From Podarcis cretensis (lineage: Eukaryota), in contig OX638151.1 in NCBI GenBank assembly GCA_951804945.1, positions 95,294,001 through 95,358,000 on the forward strand: a DNA stretch of 64,000 bases, in the 5' to 3' direction. The notes under the pieces were generated by a model that worked only from the letters and a program-made list of their open reading frames with translations, had not been told where the DNA came from and did no database searches. The position numbers were made by a program, and so were the translations under genes. Of this stretch, positions 25,306-36,330 are shown piece after piece (positions within the stretch are counted from its first letter, which is position 1; each line of letters opens with the position of its first letter).

Positions 25306-26549
25306 GTATATAAACTCAGCCGCCCACACTGCCATCACAGCCAAATAATATTGCATGACTCACTACCCAGTAATTTCCCCAGAGCCTTCTCTAGTCTGGT
25401 GCCAGCCCTAAATAACAATATGTTTTAGTCCAGAATAGAGGTAGCCTCCATAGTGCCCTCCAGATGTTGTTGACTACAACTCCCATCACGCATAACCATT
25501 GCTCTTTCTGGCTGGAGATGACGGGAGTTGTCGTCCAAAACACTGGTGGGCTCTATATTAAGTAGCCTTGATATAGAATGTGTGATTAATGACTGTGGTT
25601 GATGAGATGAGATATTTTGAAATCAAATGTACATTATTAGTTATTGCCATTCATATATTCAAATTACAGATGCAAGGACGGCATAGATGCAATTAAAAGT
25701 AAGCACCATTTGCGCATAGATTGCATATCACAAGGGATGCAATCCAGTTTGAATAGTGCTGCTCCTTCACTTTGGTTTATACTTACTTAATTGTATTTCT
25801 CTTCTCGTTTGTTATATGTCAATCTCCCGTGTTTTATATTGTGATGACTACCAGGTTATAAGCAATAAAACTGCATCACTTGTGAAAATGGTTTTATGAC
25901 CAAGGTGACAGCATTTTTTGACTTGTTTAAACAAGATGCTCCGTAATCTAGAATATCAAAGCATTGCCTATATATATATATATATATTCCTGATTTCAGA
26001 ATATCACCCCACTGGGAGTAAAGCTATACATTAATCCTATTTACTGGGTTGTTTTTCTTCTACCTAAAGATAACATATTTTTCCCCACAAGAGCATTTAC
26101 AGTACAGTAAAATATTTTAATTTCAAAATGGAGTCGCTTTCCTGGAATCACCTGCACATCCCAGAAGCCACAGAGAACTGCAAATTTCTGGAGTCGTTTC
26201 ATGTCTAAAACCTTCCTGATAAGCTACACCTGCCAAAATCCTCTCCTATGCACATCAGTCAAAACCCTACCCTCCTTTGCACAGTCTCACACAACCCATA
26301 CTCCAGGTGTGTACAGTCTTCCAACTGCTACTCGAAGTGAAGAAGAGTACTCTGCACATGCTCAGATCGAAGTTCTAGCAGTTTCCAAAACTTGGGTTTC
26401 CAGCTGTTTTTTTAGAACTACAATTCCCATCATCCCTGACCACAGGTCCTGCTAGCTAGGGATGATGGGAGTTATAGTCCCAAACAACTCTTCTAAGGAG
26501 ACACAGCCCTAACAAAAAAGACCAAGTAAAAAAAGGGGTGTTATGGATT

Positions 26550-27750
26550 TGAGCTTGGGCTAGCCGTGGCGAGCTTATCGTTGGACTGCTCACTACCGCG
26601 CTCCTTCAGCCTATCAAGGCGAAATATGACGAATGGTTGCTGGACGTGTCTGACTGCAGTTGGCCGTCGGGATCTCCCCTTAGCAGGGCCCTTCCCGCAG
26701 AACCTTGAGCGCCTTTTTGCTTGGCTGCTGTGCTGTGACTCAGCGCGGGGAGGAGGGGATCTGAGGCGATCCCCGCGGCCAATCGGGGAGCGGCGTGTCC
26801 TCAGCCGAACGCGGATGGGGGGGGCGGGTCCGCGCGCTGCTGGCAGAACGCAAGGGGGCGGGGCCTCGGAATGTTGTTTGCATGAGTTTCCGAGGCACGT
26901 GTCGCGTAAACACCATTGTCCCCAGGCTGGTATTAAATTCGAAAGGGGAATTTTACCAATCTGAAGCATGGGCGTAGCCAGGATTTTTTTTTTTGGGGGG
27001 GAGGTATTTTGTTAGGGGAGCAGAACCTCAGATTGCCATGTATTTTTATGGGTTTATAGTTATTGGGGGGGGGGGGCGCCTCTCCCCTTCGCTACATGAT
27101 CTGGAAACGGAATAGTTCGCAGGGTACATACCCAAAACAGGGATATTTATTTCAAAAGGATGGGTTTTGAATGGGGTTTGGCTTATAAGGAAGATGGTGG
27201 CTTTCTCACGTTCATATCCCTTAACCTCCCCCCCCCCAAAAAAAAAAACCAGTGCGGGGGGGGGGGAGAGACTTCTGAGCACTTTGCGTTTCTGCAACTG
27301 ACATCTCTTCAAAGTGCTCAGAAGTCCGTTGTTCACCTTGACACGTGAAAGCACGGTCGTGGGTATACGATCCTGTTTGCGTTTCTGCAACCGACGCCTC
27401 TTCCAACAGGATCGTAGGTATACCTACGATCGTGCTTTCACGTGTCTGGGTGAAAAGAAAAGGCGGAGAGACGAGGAGTCGCGATCAATGGCAAATTCAT
27501 TATAATAAATGAGAGTTCAGGAAGTTTGACAGCCGACCCTTTAACGCATTTGCCTGCCGCTTCCGTTGCTGTGAGTGTCTCCCTTTCACGTGCTGGCTTC
27601 GCGTTTGAGCAATCGCTTCTCCCTTACCTGGTGTAAAAGGGAAGCAAAAACAAGGCCCGGGCGGTGTGAGAGACGACGCGCGTTCCTAGCTACCGCAGCC
27701 AATCTTGGAACGAAAGGAGAGGAGGGATGTCCTCTGAACCAAGCTCACAG
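26550..27750 (-). promoter_or_regulatory. LPIN1: CpG-rich LPIN1 promoter / first-exon region
   Basis: CpG-dense non-LINE DNA in a CpG-poor window. CCAAT at 26779 and 27699, GC boxes at 26821 and 26855, CACGTG at 26896/27342/27439/27587, TGACTCAGC at 26736, GTAAACA at 26906, and a minus-strand donor CAG|GTAAGG at 27628. Confidence 0.75.
26967..27098. mobile_element. Short hAT-like MITE inside the promoter
   Basis: CATGGGCGTAGC ... GCTACATG termini with G runs; flanks ATCTGAAG / ATCTGGAA resemble a decayed 8-bp TSD. Confidence 0.55.
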
Positions 27751-30700
27751 GAATGTGTGTGGGCAGGGGCGCTTGTTTAAAGCAGAGGAACAAAAGGCAG
27801 GGAGGAGCTGCATGCACGCATCGAAAAAATAAAAATAACAAAACAAGGACGGGACAGCACGGTGTTTTTTAAAACAACAATACCCGTGCAGTAATCAGCA
27901 ATGCAACTTTTCCGTGCCTACTTCTGAGGGCAGAAGTGGAAGACAACTTTTGTCAAGAAGGAGGCAAGCAAGCTTCCATAAATTTTGTCCCTAGGTAAAT
28001 AATCAACTTTAATAAATCACATTTATGGTTCAGGAAAGGGCCACATAGCTCAATGGTACATCATTATGTTTGGCAAGCAGTAGAGTCTACCTAGTATCAA
28101 GGTCTGGCATCAGCGGTCAAAAATAGACCAGACAGGCAAGATTCTCTGCCTGAGACCCTGGATAACTGCTGCCGGCCAGAGTAGTAGACAAAACTGAGCT
28201 AAATACACAGCTTCCTGTACTCCTAATTCTTTTTTGTTTTGTTTTAGTTTGCCTATTTTATAGAGATGTCCTTTGCAATGCGCTCAGGCACATTCAGGTA
28301 AAAGGTCTTGCAACACTTCACAACAGGAAAAGCTTTAATGAACCAGTAGAAACCAGATTATGTACCAAGAACCAGCCTGCTTTTATACCCGCATCTTCCA
28401 GGGTAGGTAATGCCTGTGATATTCATGATAATTGGTTGCAATCCTGCACCACTCAAATGAATGGGAGTTTTGCTATTAACTTTGACAGGAACAAAATTGC
28501 TGGCCTGTTTCTTTAAAAACTAGGGGAGACGCACCTTATACAAAGTGACATCGTGGCATTATTTTTAAATTAGCTTCCATAAAGCAGGTGAATTGCTGAA
28601 TTCGGTTCTGGTAAGATTTGTAAGGGAACAAAATGTGATTCAATAATTCAGCAAGTAATCTTTTTTTAGGACTTCTTTTTTAGGGGGTGGATGTAGAGCT
28701 GCCATTTCAGATGGATGGATGGATGGGAAGAAGAATGCACACAGGAAGGTTTTATGGCCCAGTAAATTGAAAATTAGTGTGCTGTAAGAGCATTTGTTGC
28801 AATAATTTTCACTTCATATCTTACTTTAGCTGACTACTATGGCAATATTATCAACGCAGGGCAGCCTGGATTTGTTCATAACAACTGTGGTGAGCCAAAA
28901 AGGTTAGGAGTATATCTAGCTAGAAACCTTAAGCCCCGTAATAACAATAGCTTTGGAACAATAAAGTGGGAAAATTAGATTGATGAGATGCTGAATGAAG
29001 ATGGAACCTTGGTCTGATCCAGCAAGGCATTTGTTATATTCTTACATTATGGTTTTTATGATCTGAAATTCAGGAAGGGTCACTGCCCCCACTGTCCTGC
29101 TCCCCCCTCCCCAAATATAAAGATACTGATGGAGCAAAATTCCTCTGTTATCAAATAAAATGCTCAGACTGTATGGAATGATGCTTTCTGGGACAGCTAG
29201 AATCCCAGGAATTGTGTCTGTATCCCCACAGAGTAAGGCTTCAAGATTCTTTTTGCTGACTCTTTATCATTTTCCTAGCAATCATTCATACACAAGGATA
29301 TTCATTTACAGAGGGAAGGCAAAGGTTTGTATTCATCAGACATTTCTGGCAATAGGTTTAACCTCACAAGCCAAAAGCCTCTTTTTGACAGACAAGTTTT
29401 CTCTAGCTGAATTTCTGATCAATAACTGCTGGCGTTCTGTGTTCTAAAAACCATGCCATTTCCACAATGACCTAGTATTTTCATATAACACTGCTTTTAC
29501 AAAGTCACACGATTTCCTCTGTCTAGCCCACTGATGTCTGTTTTGACTGGTGGCCAAGTCTCCAAGGCTGTTTCTCAGTTCTGCTGAGATATCTTTTAAC
29601 TGGAGATGTTGGGGAGTGCAACTTTGAACTTCTGCTTCCTGTACATGTACTTTTCCCATACTTTCCCTTTCATTCACTAATCAGCTCCATAACTTAAGAG
29701 CTGCCTCTAAGAGGCCCTGTACACAAAATTCACCAACACTGACATACTCACCATAACGTCTAAATGGTGTGTAAATTTTGCCATGCATCGGAATGCACAC
29801 ATGGTAAGCACAAATTTAGGCATCATTCTGAACATACGGAAGCAGGTGGAGCTGGGAGCTTACAATTAGCTCCATGCCCAACCCACCTAAAATGTGCTAA
29901 GTTTTCCACATACGTGCAGTAGGGCTTCTGAAAAATTGACTGCCATACGTTAGAATTTCGCTCCAACCAAGTGAGATTTACTTCTCAGCTAACATAACCC
30001 AGCAGCGCTGGCCCAGATGCATAGATAAGCATAAGCAGACAGGTCAAATAAATTCTGCATTTGCCCTCAACCACACTTTCTGCATTTCTGCTGTTGTGCT
30101 AGGTCAGCCATGGAGGTTACAATATGATTTCTTGAACTGGTTAGTCTGGTTGCTCAAAGACAACCTCGGTACAGGAAACAGGTGAGAGGCACAGAGACAT
30201 ACTGCCAGAAATCTGGACAGACGGACAGAAGCGGTAAACAAGTGGGAAGAAGGAAGATAATCAGAAACAAATATTAGTGTCACAAGGAGACCTTGAGGTT
30301 CTCAAGCATTTGCTTTTAGGAACCTGTTAGCAATTCCAGTTATCTATGGTATGCAAAAGAACAGATTGCATTTATAGGTTTTTTTCCAACCTTCACATAT
30401 ATAACACATATCTAAGAAAGGTTGTTCTGCTCTGGACATATCTAAATACATGCAGAAAAAGAGGGGAAGAACTCCAGGTACTAGAAATGGGCTTTATTCC
30501 ACACCTAACACATTTTCAGGGAGAAATCCTTCATTGGGGGGGGGCATTTTTCTAGCAGAAATTCTCAAATGCAAGCAACACCAGAGCAGAACTATATTTA
30601 GTTCTGTGCCCTTTCAGAATGTGTCTATCGTCCAAGTTTTTACACTTCACTTTTGTTTCAGATTACCAAGAACGAGGGCTAGTTCCCCCACCCAGCCCAA

Positions 30701-31235
30701 AAGAAACTGGCAAACCTGACTGTCTTAAAAGCAACAAAAGACATATACGTATCTCATTTTATACCATTTCAAACAGCATTCTCACCTTGGTCTAGTTCAT
30801 CAGATCTGCTTGTAATTGATAATGACTGGGAGACTTGACATGCTGGATGGGCTTGTCTGTACCTGGATTCTTGCGGGTGGAGAACTGGGGGTGTCTTAAT
30901 TTCTTTGGGGCTCTCCATTTGAATTAGCCTAGTGTAGGCTTCCCAATTTGTGTGGTGGCCATCTTTTCTTTTTCAGGCTCTTATACTTTCTCCATCCTTC
31001 CACCACGCCCCCTCTCCCCTTAAATCCTTCAAGCCTGGCCTCCACCCTTCCCAGCTGCCCCTGTCTTAGGAAAACCCCTGTTGTTAAAAGCTTTCATTGT
31101 GGCATCATCCACAGGAAGACAATGATGTTTTCAGAAGTACTTTCAATGAGAGTGAGGAGAGGAAGGGAAGATATAGAAGGAAAATGAGAGAATCAATGGG
31201 ATTTTAACTCCTGGTCTAGTTAAGGATTACAAGTA

Positions 31236-31551
31236 AAGGTAAAGGGACCCCTGAACATTAGGTCCCGTCGTGGTCGACTCTGGGGTTGCGGCGCTCATCT
31301 CGCTTTATTGGCCAAGGGAGCCGGCGTACAGCTTCCGGATCGTGTGGCCAGCATGTCTAAGCCACTTCTGGCGAACCAGAGCAGCACACAGAAACACCGT
31401 TTACCTTCCCACTTTGACGTGCTTTCGAACTGCTAGGTGGGCAGGAGCAGGGACCGAGCAACGGGAGCTCACTCTGTCGTGGGGATTCGAACCACCGACC
31501 TTCTGATCGGCAGGCCCTAGGCTCTGTGGTTTAACCCACAGCGCCACCTGT
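31236..31551 (-). mobile_element. Sauria SINE (with internal deletion)
   Basis: tRNA-derived head with GGTTCGAATCC B box, GTTCGAAAGC body and (ACCTTT)n tail; TSD GGATTACAAGTA. Confidence 0.9.
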
Positions 31552-31563
31552 GGATTACAAGTA

Positions 31564-31924
31564 AAGGTAAAGGTAAAGGTACCCCTGCCCGTACGGGCCA
31601 GTCTTGACAGACTCTGGGGTTGTGCGCCCATCTCAAGAGGCCAGGGGCCAGCGCTGTCCGGAGACACTTCCGGGTCACGTGGCCAGCGTGACATCGCTGC
31701 TCTGGCAAGCCAGAGCCGCACACGGAAACGCCGTTTACCTTCCCGCTGGTAAGCGGTCCCTATTTATCTACTTGCACCCGGAGGTGCTTTCGAACTGCTA
31801 GGTTGGCAGGCGCTGGGACTGAGCAGCGGGAGCGCACCCCGCCGCAGGGATTCGAACCGCCGACCTTTCGATCGGCAAGTCCTAGGCGCTGAGGCTTTAA
31901 CCCACAGCGCCACCTGCGTCCCTC
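31564..31924 (-). mobile_element. Sauria SINE, different subfamily, tandem to the previous one
   Basis: GGGACGCAGGTGGCGCTGTGGG head, B box and (ACCTTT)n tail; TSD GTGGATTACAAGTA at 31550-31563 and 31925-31938. Confidence 0.9.
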
Positions 31925-32613
31925 GTGGATTACAAGTACTTCCTTCTAAATTAGCATTAGCTGTGGGAGCAGAGTAAGATTCTGAATTACGTTCTCTTTT
32001 GTATTACGTTACTTTCCTTTTATACAAAGCACTCCCAGTTTATTTTTCCTAACAGACATTTATATACATTATTTCTATACCGACTTCAATGTATTATGTT
32101 AGTTTCCTTTTGAACAAGACCTCACTGAAGACTTAATAGTGACATTTATCATTCTTTTTACCAACAAATATAGAAGCTGGAGACAGAAAACCTGTTTGTC
32201 ACAGCCCAGCACACCTCAGGCAGCTTCTGCATCCTGGTTTTAGCTGGCTCCACCTAAAACTCTTTAGTCTCTCCACCTCTCCCAAATTCAAACTGCAAAA
32301 CTGGTTCCAGGCCACAGTGCTTTTCTGCCTTTCCCTTTAGCCCAAAGGCAGGGGTAAGATTCCAAACCGTCAAGCAACACTCTTGCATTGGCACACTCTT
32401 TAGACCTGTTGGAATATGGTAATTTATACTGCAGCATGTCCACTCAGAAGTAAGTGAGGCTCACTCCCAGGTAAGTGGATATAGGTTTGCAGCCCTTGTC
32501 TGATAAAAGAGGGTGGTGAGCCAGAACTGGAGAACCTGTGGCACTCCAGAAGATGCTGAACTCCCATCAGCTTCAGCCAGCATAGACAGTGATTCGGTAT
32601 GATGCGAGTAGTA

Positions 32614-35600
32614 TCAATCGATTTTCAATCGATTTTATTGCATTAGCCATACGGCCATAGCATAATATACATAGAAATAACAACATAAAATGGGGGTGGG
32701 GAGATAAAAGTGGATGTCGTCCTGGGGGAATACTTTGAGAAAATGAGGATAACAAAAGTTACGGGGGATTTAAAACATCGAGTGACAGAGAATACAAAAA
32801 CACGTTCGATTGTGCGGCATATCGACTACATCTGTGGTGTTAAAGAAGGAGTTGGTGCCGCTTTCCTCTTCATCACACTAAGCAGGAAATTAGCTGTCAT
32901 CTCGGTAATCCAACAGTCAGAATCCTGCAGAAGAAGGGACACTATCCAGGGCTGGATTGGGAGATGAAACTTGTTCACGAGAGGAGTTAGAAACCGAGAT
33001 CTTTCATCTGTCCAGTTGGGACAGAAGAGCATTACATGTTCCATAGTCTCCAGAGCCGTGTCGTTGCAGGAGCATGTTCTATTTGCGATGGGAACTCTGG
33101 AGTAATGACCCGACAGAACTGCTGTAGGAAAGCAGTTGAGACGGGCACAGGTAAAGGCCCTTCGCTTAGCCTCCGAAGGAATTGTGAAGCAGTATAGAGG
33201 GATCCCTTCAGGGGGTGGAATAGCTAGGGCTAAGCCTGAACACGGCCCTCTTGCATGGGAAGCTGTGTTAGAGAAGTCAAGTTGCTGTAGCTTCTTTTTG
33301 ATTAGAGGTAGGGCCGCCGGGCTAATACACTCTAAGTTAAAAACAGTTTTACGGTTCAAATTGAGAAGAGAGCGGAATTTGAGATTAATTGTAGTTTTCC
33401 AAGGAGAATTATGAATATCTCTTAGGATCAAATTGGAGAAACCACCTCTAATTCGAGCATCCGATGCTAGTAGGTGGGAGCTATAGGAAATGGCTCGACT
33501 CCATGCTCGTTTTACAATTGAGGGCTGGGCGAACTCAAGTCGTAGGGCTGCACCTGAGACACATCTCGGGACGCCGGAAAGAGATCTCAGAAACATGTGA
33601 AGTGGGCGATCCAAGTTACCTGATATTGCTGTAGTCCATACTTCGCAGCCATATAATAATTTAGGGACAACTTTGGCATTAAATATTTGAATTGCTGCTG
33701 GAAGGTATTTGCCGCCCTTCTGGTGATAAAATCAGACAATGGCATTAGAGGTCGTGGTTGCAGCAAGAGAGGCAGATTGTAGATGGGTGGTCCAGGAGAG
33801 ATTATAAGTAAATATTAAGCCTAGATATTTAAAGGCTTTTACCTTTTCTAAGTAGCCACCTGTGATCTTAAGCGGCTCCAGCTTGAGTTTGCGGGAACGA
33901 GTGAAGTGGAGAACTTTAGATTTTTTATAATTAATATTAAGAGCTTCCACCTTACAATAGGCGATAAATGCATTAACTGCATTTGCTAGGTCCGCAGCTG
34001 TTCTGGATAAGATGACGGCATCATCCGCATAGAAAAGGGAAGCAACGGGGTGGCCTGCTAAGTGAGGAGGATACTTAGTTGCTAGCTTCAAAGGGGAAAG
34101 GGCATCATGAAGATAAAGATTAAACAGTAAAGGGGCCAAGAGACAACCTTGTCGGACACCCCTGGCCATTGGGAATGGAGTGGTAAGGGAGCCGTTGGGA
34201 CCAATTCGAACGCGAGCTGTGGTGTTTGAATAGAGGGAAATAATTAGGGAGAGGAGGTGCGGATCAATTCCCAGATGGGCAAGTTTGGACCATAATCTCT
34301 GCCTAGGAATGGAATCAAAGGCGGCCTCCAGGTCCATGAAAGCGGCAAACAGGTGGCCTTGCCTTGGTGCAGTGTATTTACTGGCAAGGTGATAAAGAGT
34401 TAGACAGTGGTCCATGGTTGATGCTGACTTCCGGAAGCCAATCTGTTCTGGCGGTAGACTGTTTCTCTCATGGACCCATGAAAGAAGTTCTTCCAGTAAG
34501 ACAGCGGCAAATATTTCCCCCGGAATAGATAGTAAGCTGATGGGGCGATAATTCCTGGGGATGTTTGGCTGGCCGCCTTTGAAAATCGGAACTATTGTAG
34601 CTTCTCTCCAGGAGTCGGGGATGTCTAATGCGGAGGAGATAGCGGTGAATACAGGAGTCAGCTGTTCACTCCACCAAAGAGGATCAGTCAGGAAAAGGTC
34701 CAACGGGACCATGTCTGGGCCGGGGGCCTTATTCCTTCGCATGGACATTATGATGTTGAAGATGCGGGTTGAGGTGAAATTTACTGAGGAGGTGGAACTG
34801 AGAGAACAGGAACAGAGGTCCAACGGGGATTGAAGGTGATCTGTAAGATAATTTGGAGAAGCGAAACTGGCTGAATAATAGGCGATCCATTCGTCAGCGG
34901 AAATCAGGATAGCTGAATTGGGTGGTGCCGAAGGCCTAACTAAGCGCCAAAAGGAGCGGGAGTCATGCCTCTCTACAGCCGAGCGAAGAGTGGACCAAGC
35001 CTCAAGGATGTGTTGCTGTTTCTTGCAATGAATCATGTTTCTGTATGTCCTTTTAGTAACTAGAAGCTCTGCACAGGTTTGAGGGTCGTTGGAAAATTTG
35101 ATGGTTCTGACCATTTTCCTAATTCGCCGCCTTAGGACTTTGCATTCCTTGTCAAACCAAGGTGATTCAGAGAAGAAGTGTTGGTGGGTAGGCGAGGTGA
35201 TGGTTATGTAAGTTGTTGAAAAAGCATCAATTAATTTCCGGTATTGGTCAGCGGGCGGAATTGAGTCAGAAAGAACTGTAGGTATATCAAGTGATTTTTG
35301 TATGTCCAGGGCAAGAAAGGAGCTGAGGCTTGTCCATTTCTTTGTTTTATATACAGGGTAGCTTTGTGCTGTGGAACTATAGTTTGAGGGGACTGAGAAT
35401 GGCTCTATTAGGTTTAACATTAAAGTCAATGGAAGGTGGTCACCACCAAAATATTCAGCCACTTCCATTTTTGTAGAGATTGAGAATAGCTCCGGCGTCA
35501 ATAGAATGTAATCGACAACACTGGTTCCCCGGGAAGAGATGCACGTTAACTGCTGCGAGGACAAGGGAGTAACATTGCCATTTGCGATGCAAAGATCGTT

Positions 35601-35932
35601 TTCGATGGCCAATTGGGCCATCAGCCTCCCCGACGCATTTGTTATGGGATCAAGAGAGCATCTGTTTCCCCAGGGGGGCTGCAGGGAATTGTCCAGGAGT
35701 GCTGTGGAAGATAATATAGCATCGTCGTTGGGACCTATTCTTGCGTTAAAGTCGCCTAAGAGGATTTGAGGAAGTCCTGGGTTAGTTGTTTGAAGATCAT
35801 GAAGCCAAGACGAAAGTTCAGACCACCTTTCATTACGGTCGGAATCATTAATTGCTGGAGGCAGATATACTGTAGTTATCAACCATGGGCTTTTGGTCTT
35901 TGGAAGGTGGATCTTTATAGTGAGAAATATAG
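32614..35932 (-). mobile_element. 5'-truncated non-LTR retrotransposon, RTE-X-like, with 77-bp TSD
   Basis: EN-RT-CCHC coding sequence, short 3' UTR, AATAAA and an 11-nt tandem-repeat tail. Identical 77-bp direct repeats at 32537-32613 and 35933-36009. Clade call rests on the C-terminal AFTCARLN...CSC...ETMEHVMLFCP pattern and needs a phylogeny. Confidence 0.9.
32826..35932 (-). pseudogene. RTE-X-like EN-RT ORF with N-terminal truncation and one nonsense codon
   Basis: GDFNAR, VDYI, GDHLP, PGPD, NYRPISLL, QIGFR, GVRQGC, YADD, YLG. The two tracked ORFs share one frame and are separated by a single TGA at 33732-33734 (NAIV*FYHQKGG...). Confidence 0.88.
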
Positions 35933-36234
35933 TGTGGCACTCCAGAAGATGCTGAACTCCCATCAGCTTCAGCCAGCATAGACAGTGATTCGGTATGATG
36001 CGAGTAGTAGTCAAACCACATCTGGGGTACCATAGGCCCCACATCTCTGGTACAGGCAGTAGTTGCAGTTGACACCCTTCAGATAACTCGCACGTATACA
36101 CCAAGAATATCATTCCCTGCCTCGCAACTCCACTACAGCTTGCCACCACGACTTCATAAGGTTGAGAACGCTTGTGCCTTTCTGTAGCCCGGACTAGAAA
36201 ACTGAAAAAAAGAACCACTGACATCCAGCAGTAA

Positions 36235-36330
36235 GAAAGCACGTCAACACTAGCGCCAGCGTTGCTATGCAACAGCTCAGCACTTCCTTTTCCTGTTGGA
36301 ACTCTGCCCTGATTGGCTGCCATCTTTGGC
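36235..36330 (-). promoter_or_regulatory. Promoter-like motif cluster (YY1, NF-Y, ETS, RFX X-box, CRE-like)
   Basis: On the minus strand within about 90 bp: AAGATGGC (36319-36326), AGCCAATCAG (36309-36318), AGGAAGTG (36281-36288), GTTGCATAGCAAC (36261-36273), TGACGTG (36240-36246). Confidence 0.5.

Noticed and set aside
31480-31550. tRNA genes suggested by GGTTCGAATCC B boxes (also at about 31850, 41230, 41750 and 61715)
   Set aside because: All are SINE heads followed by SINE bodies and tails.
32537-36009. 77-bp direct repeats read as LTRs
   Set aside because: The interior is APE-RT with no gag, protease or integrase, and the repeat is part of an interrupted host-side palindromic element.
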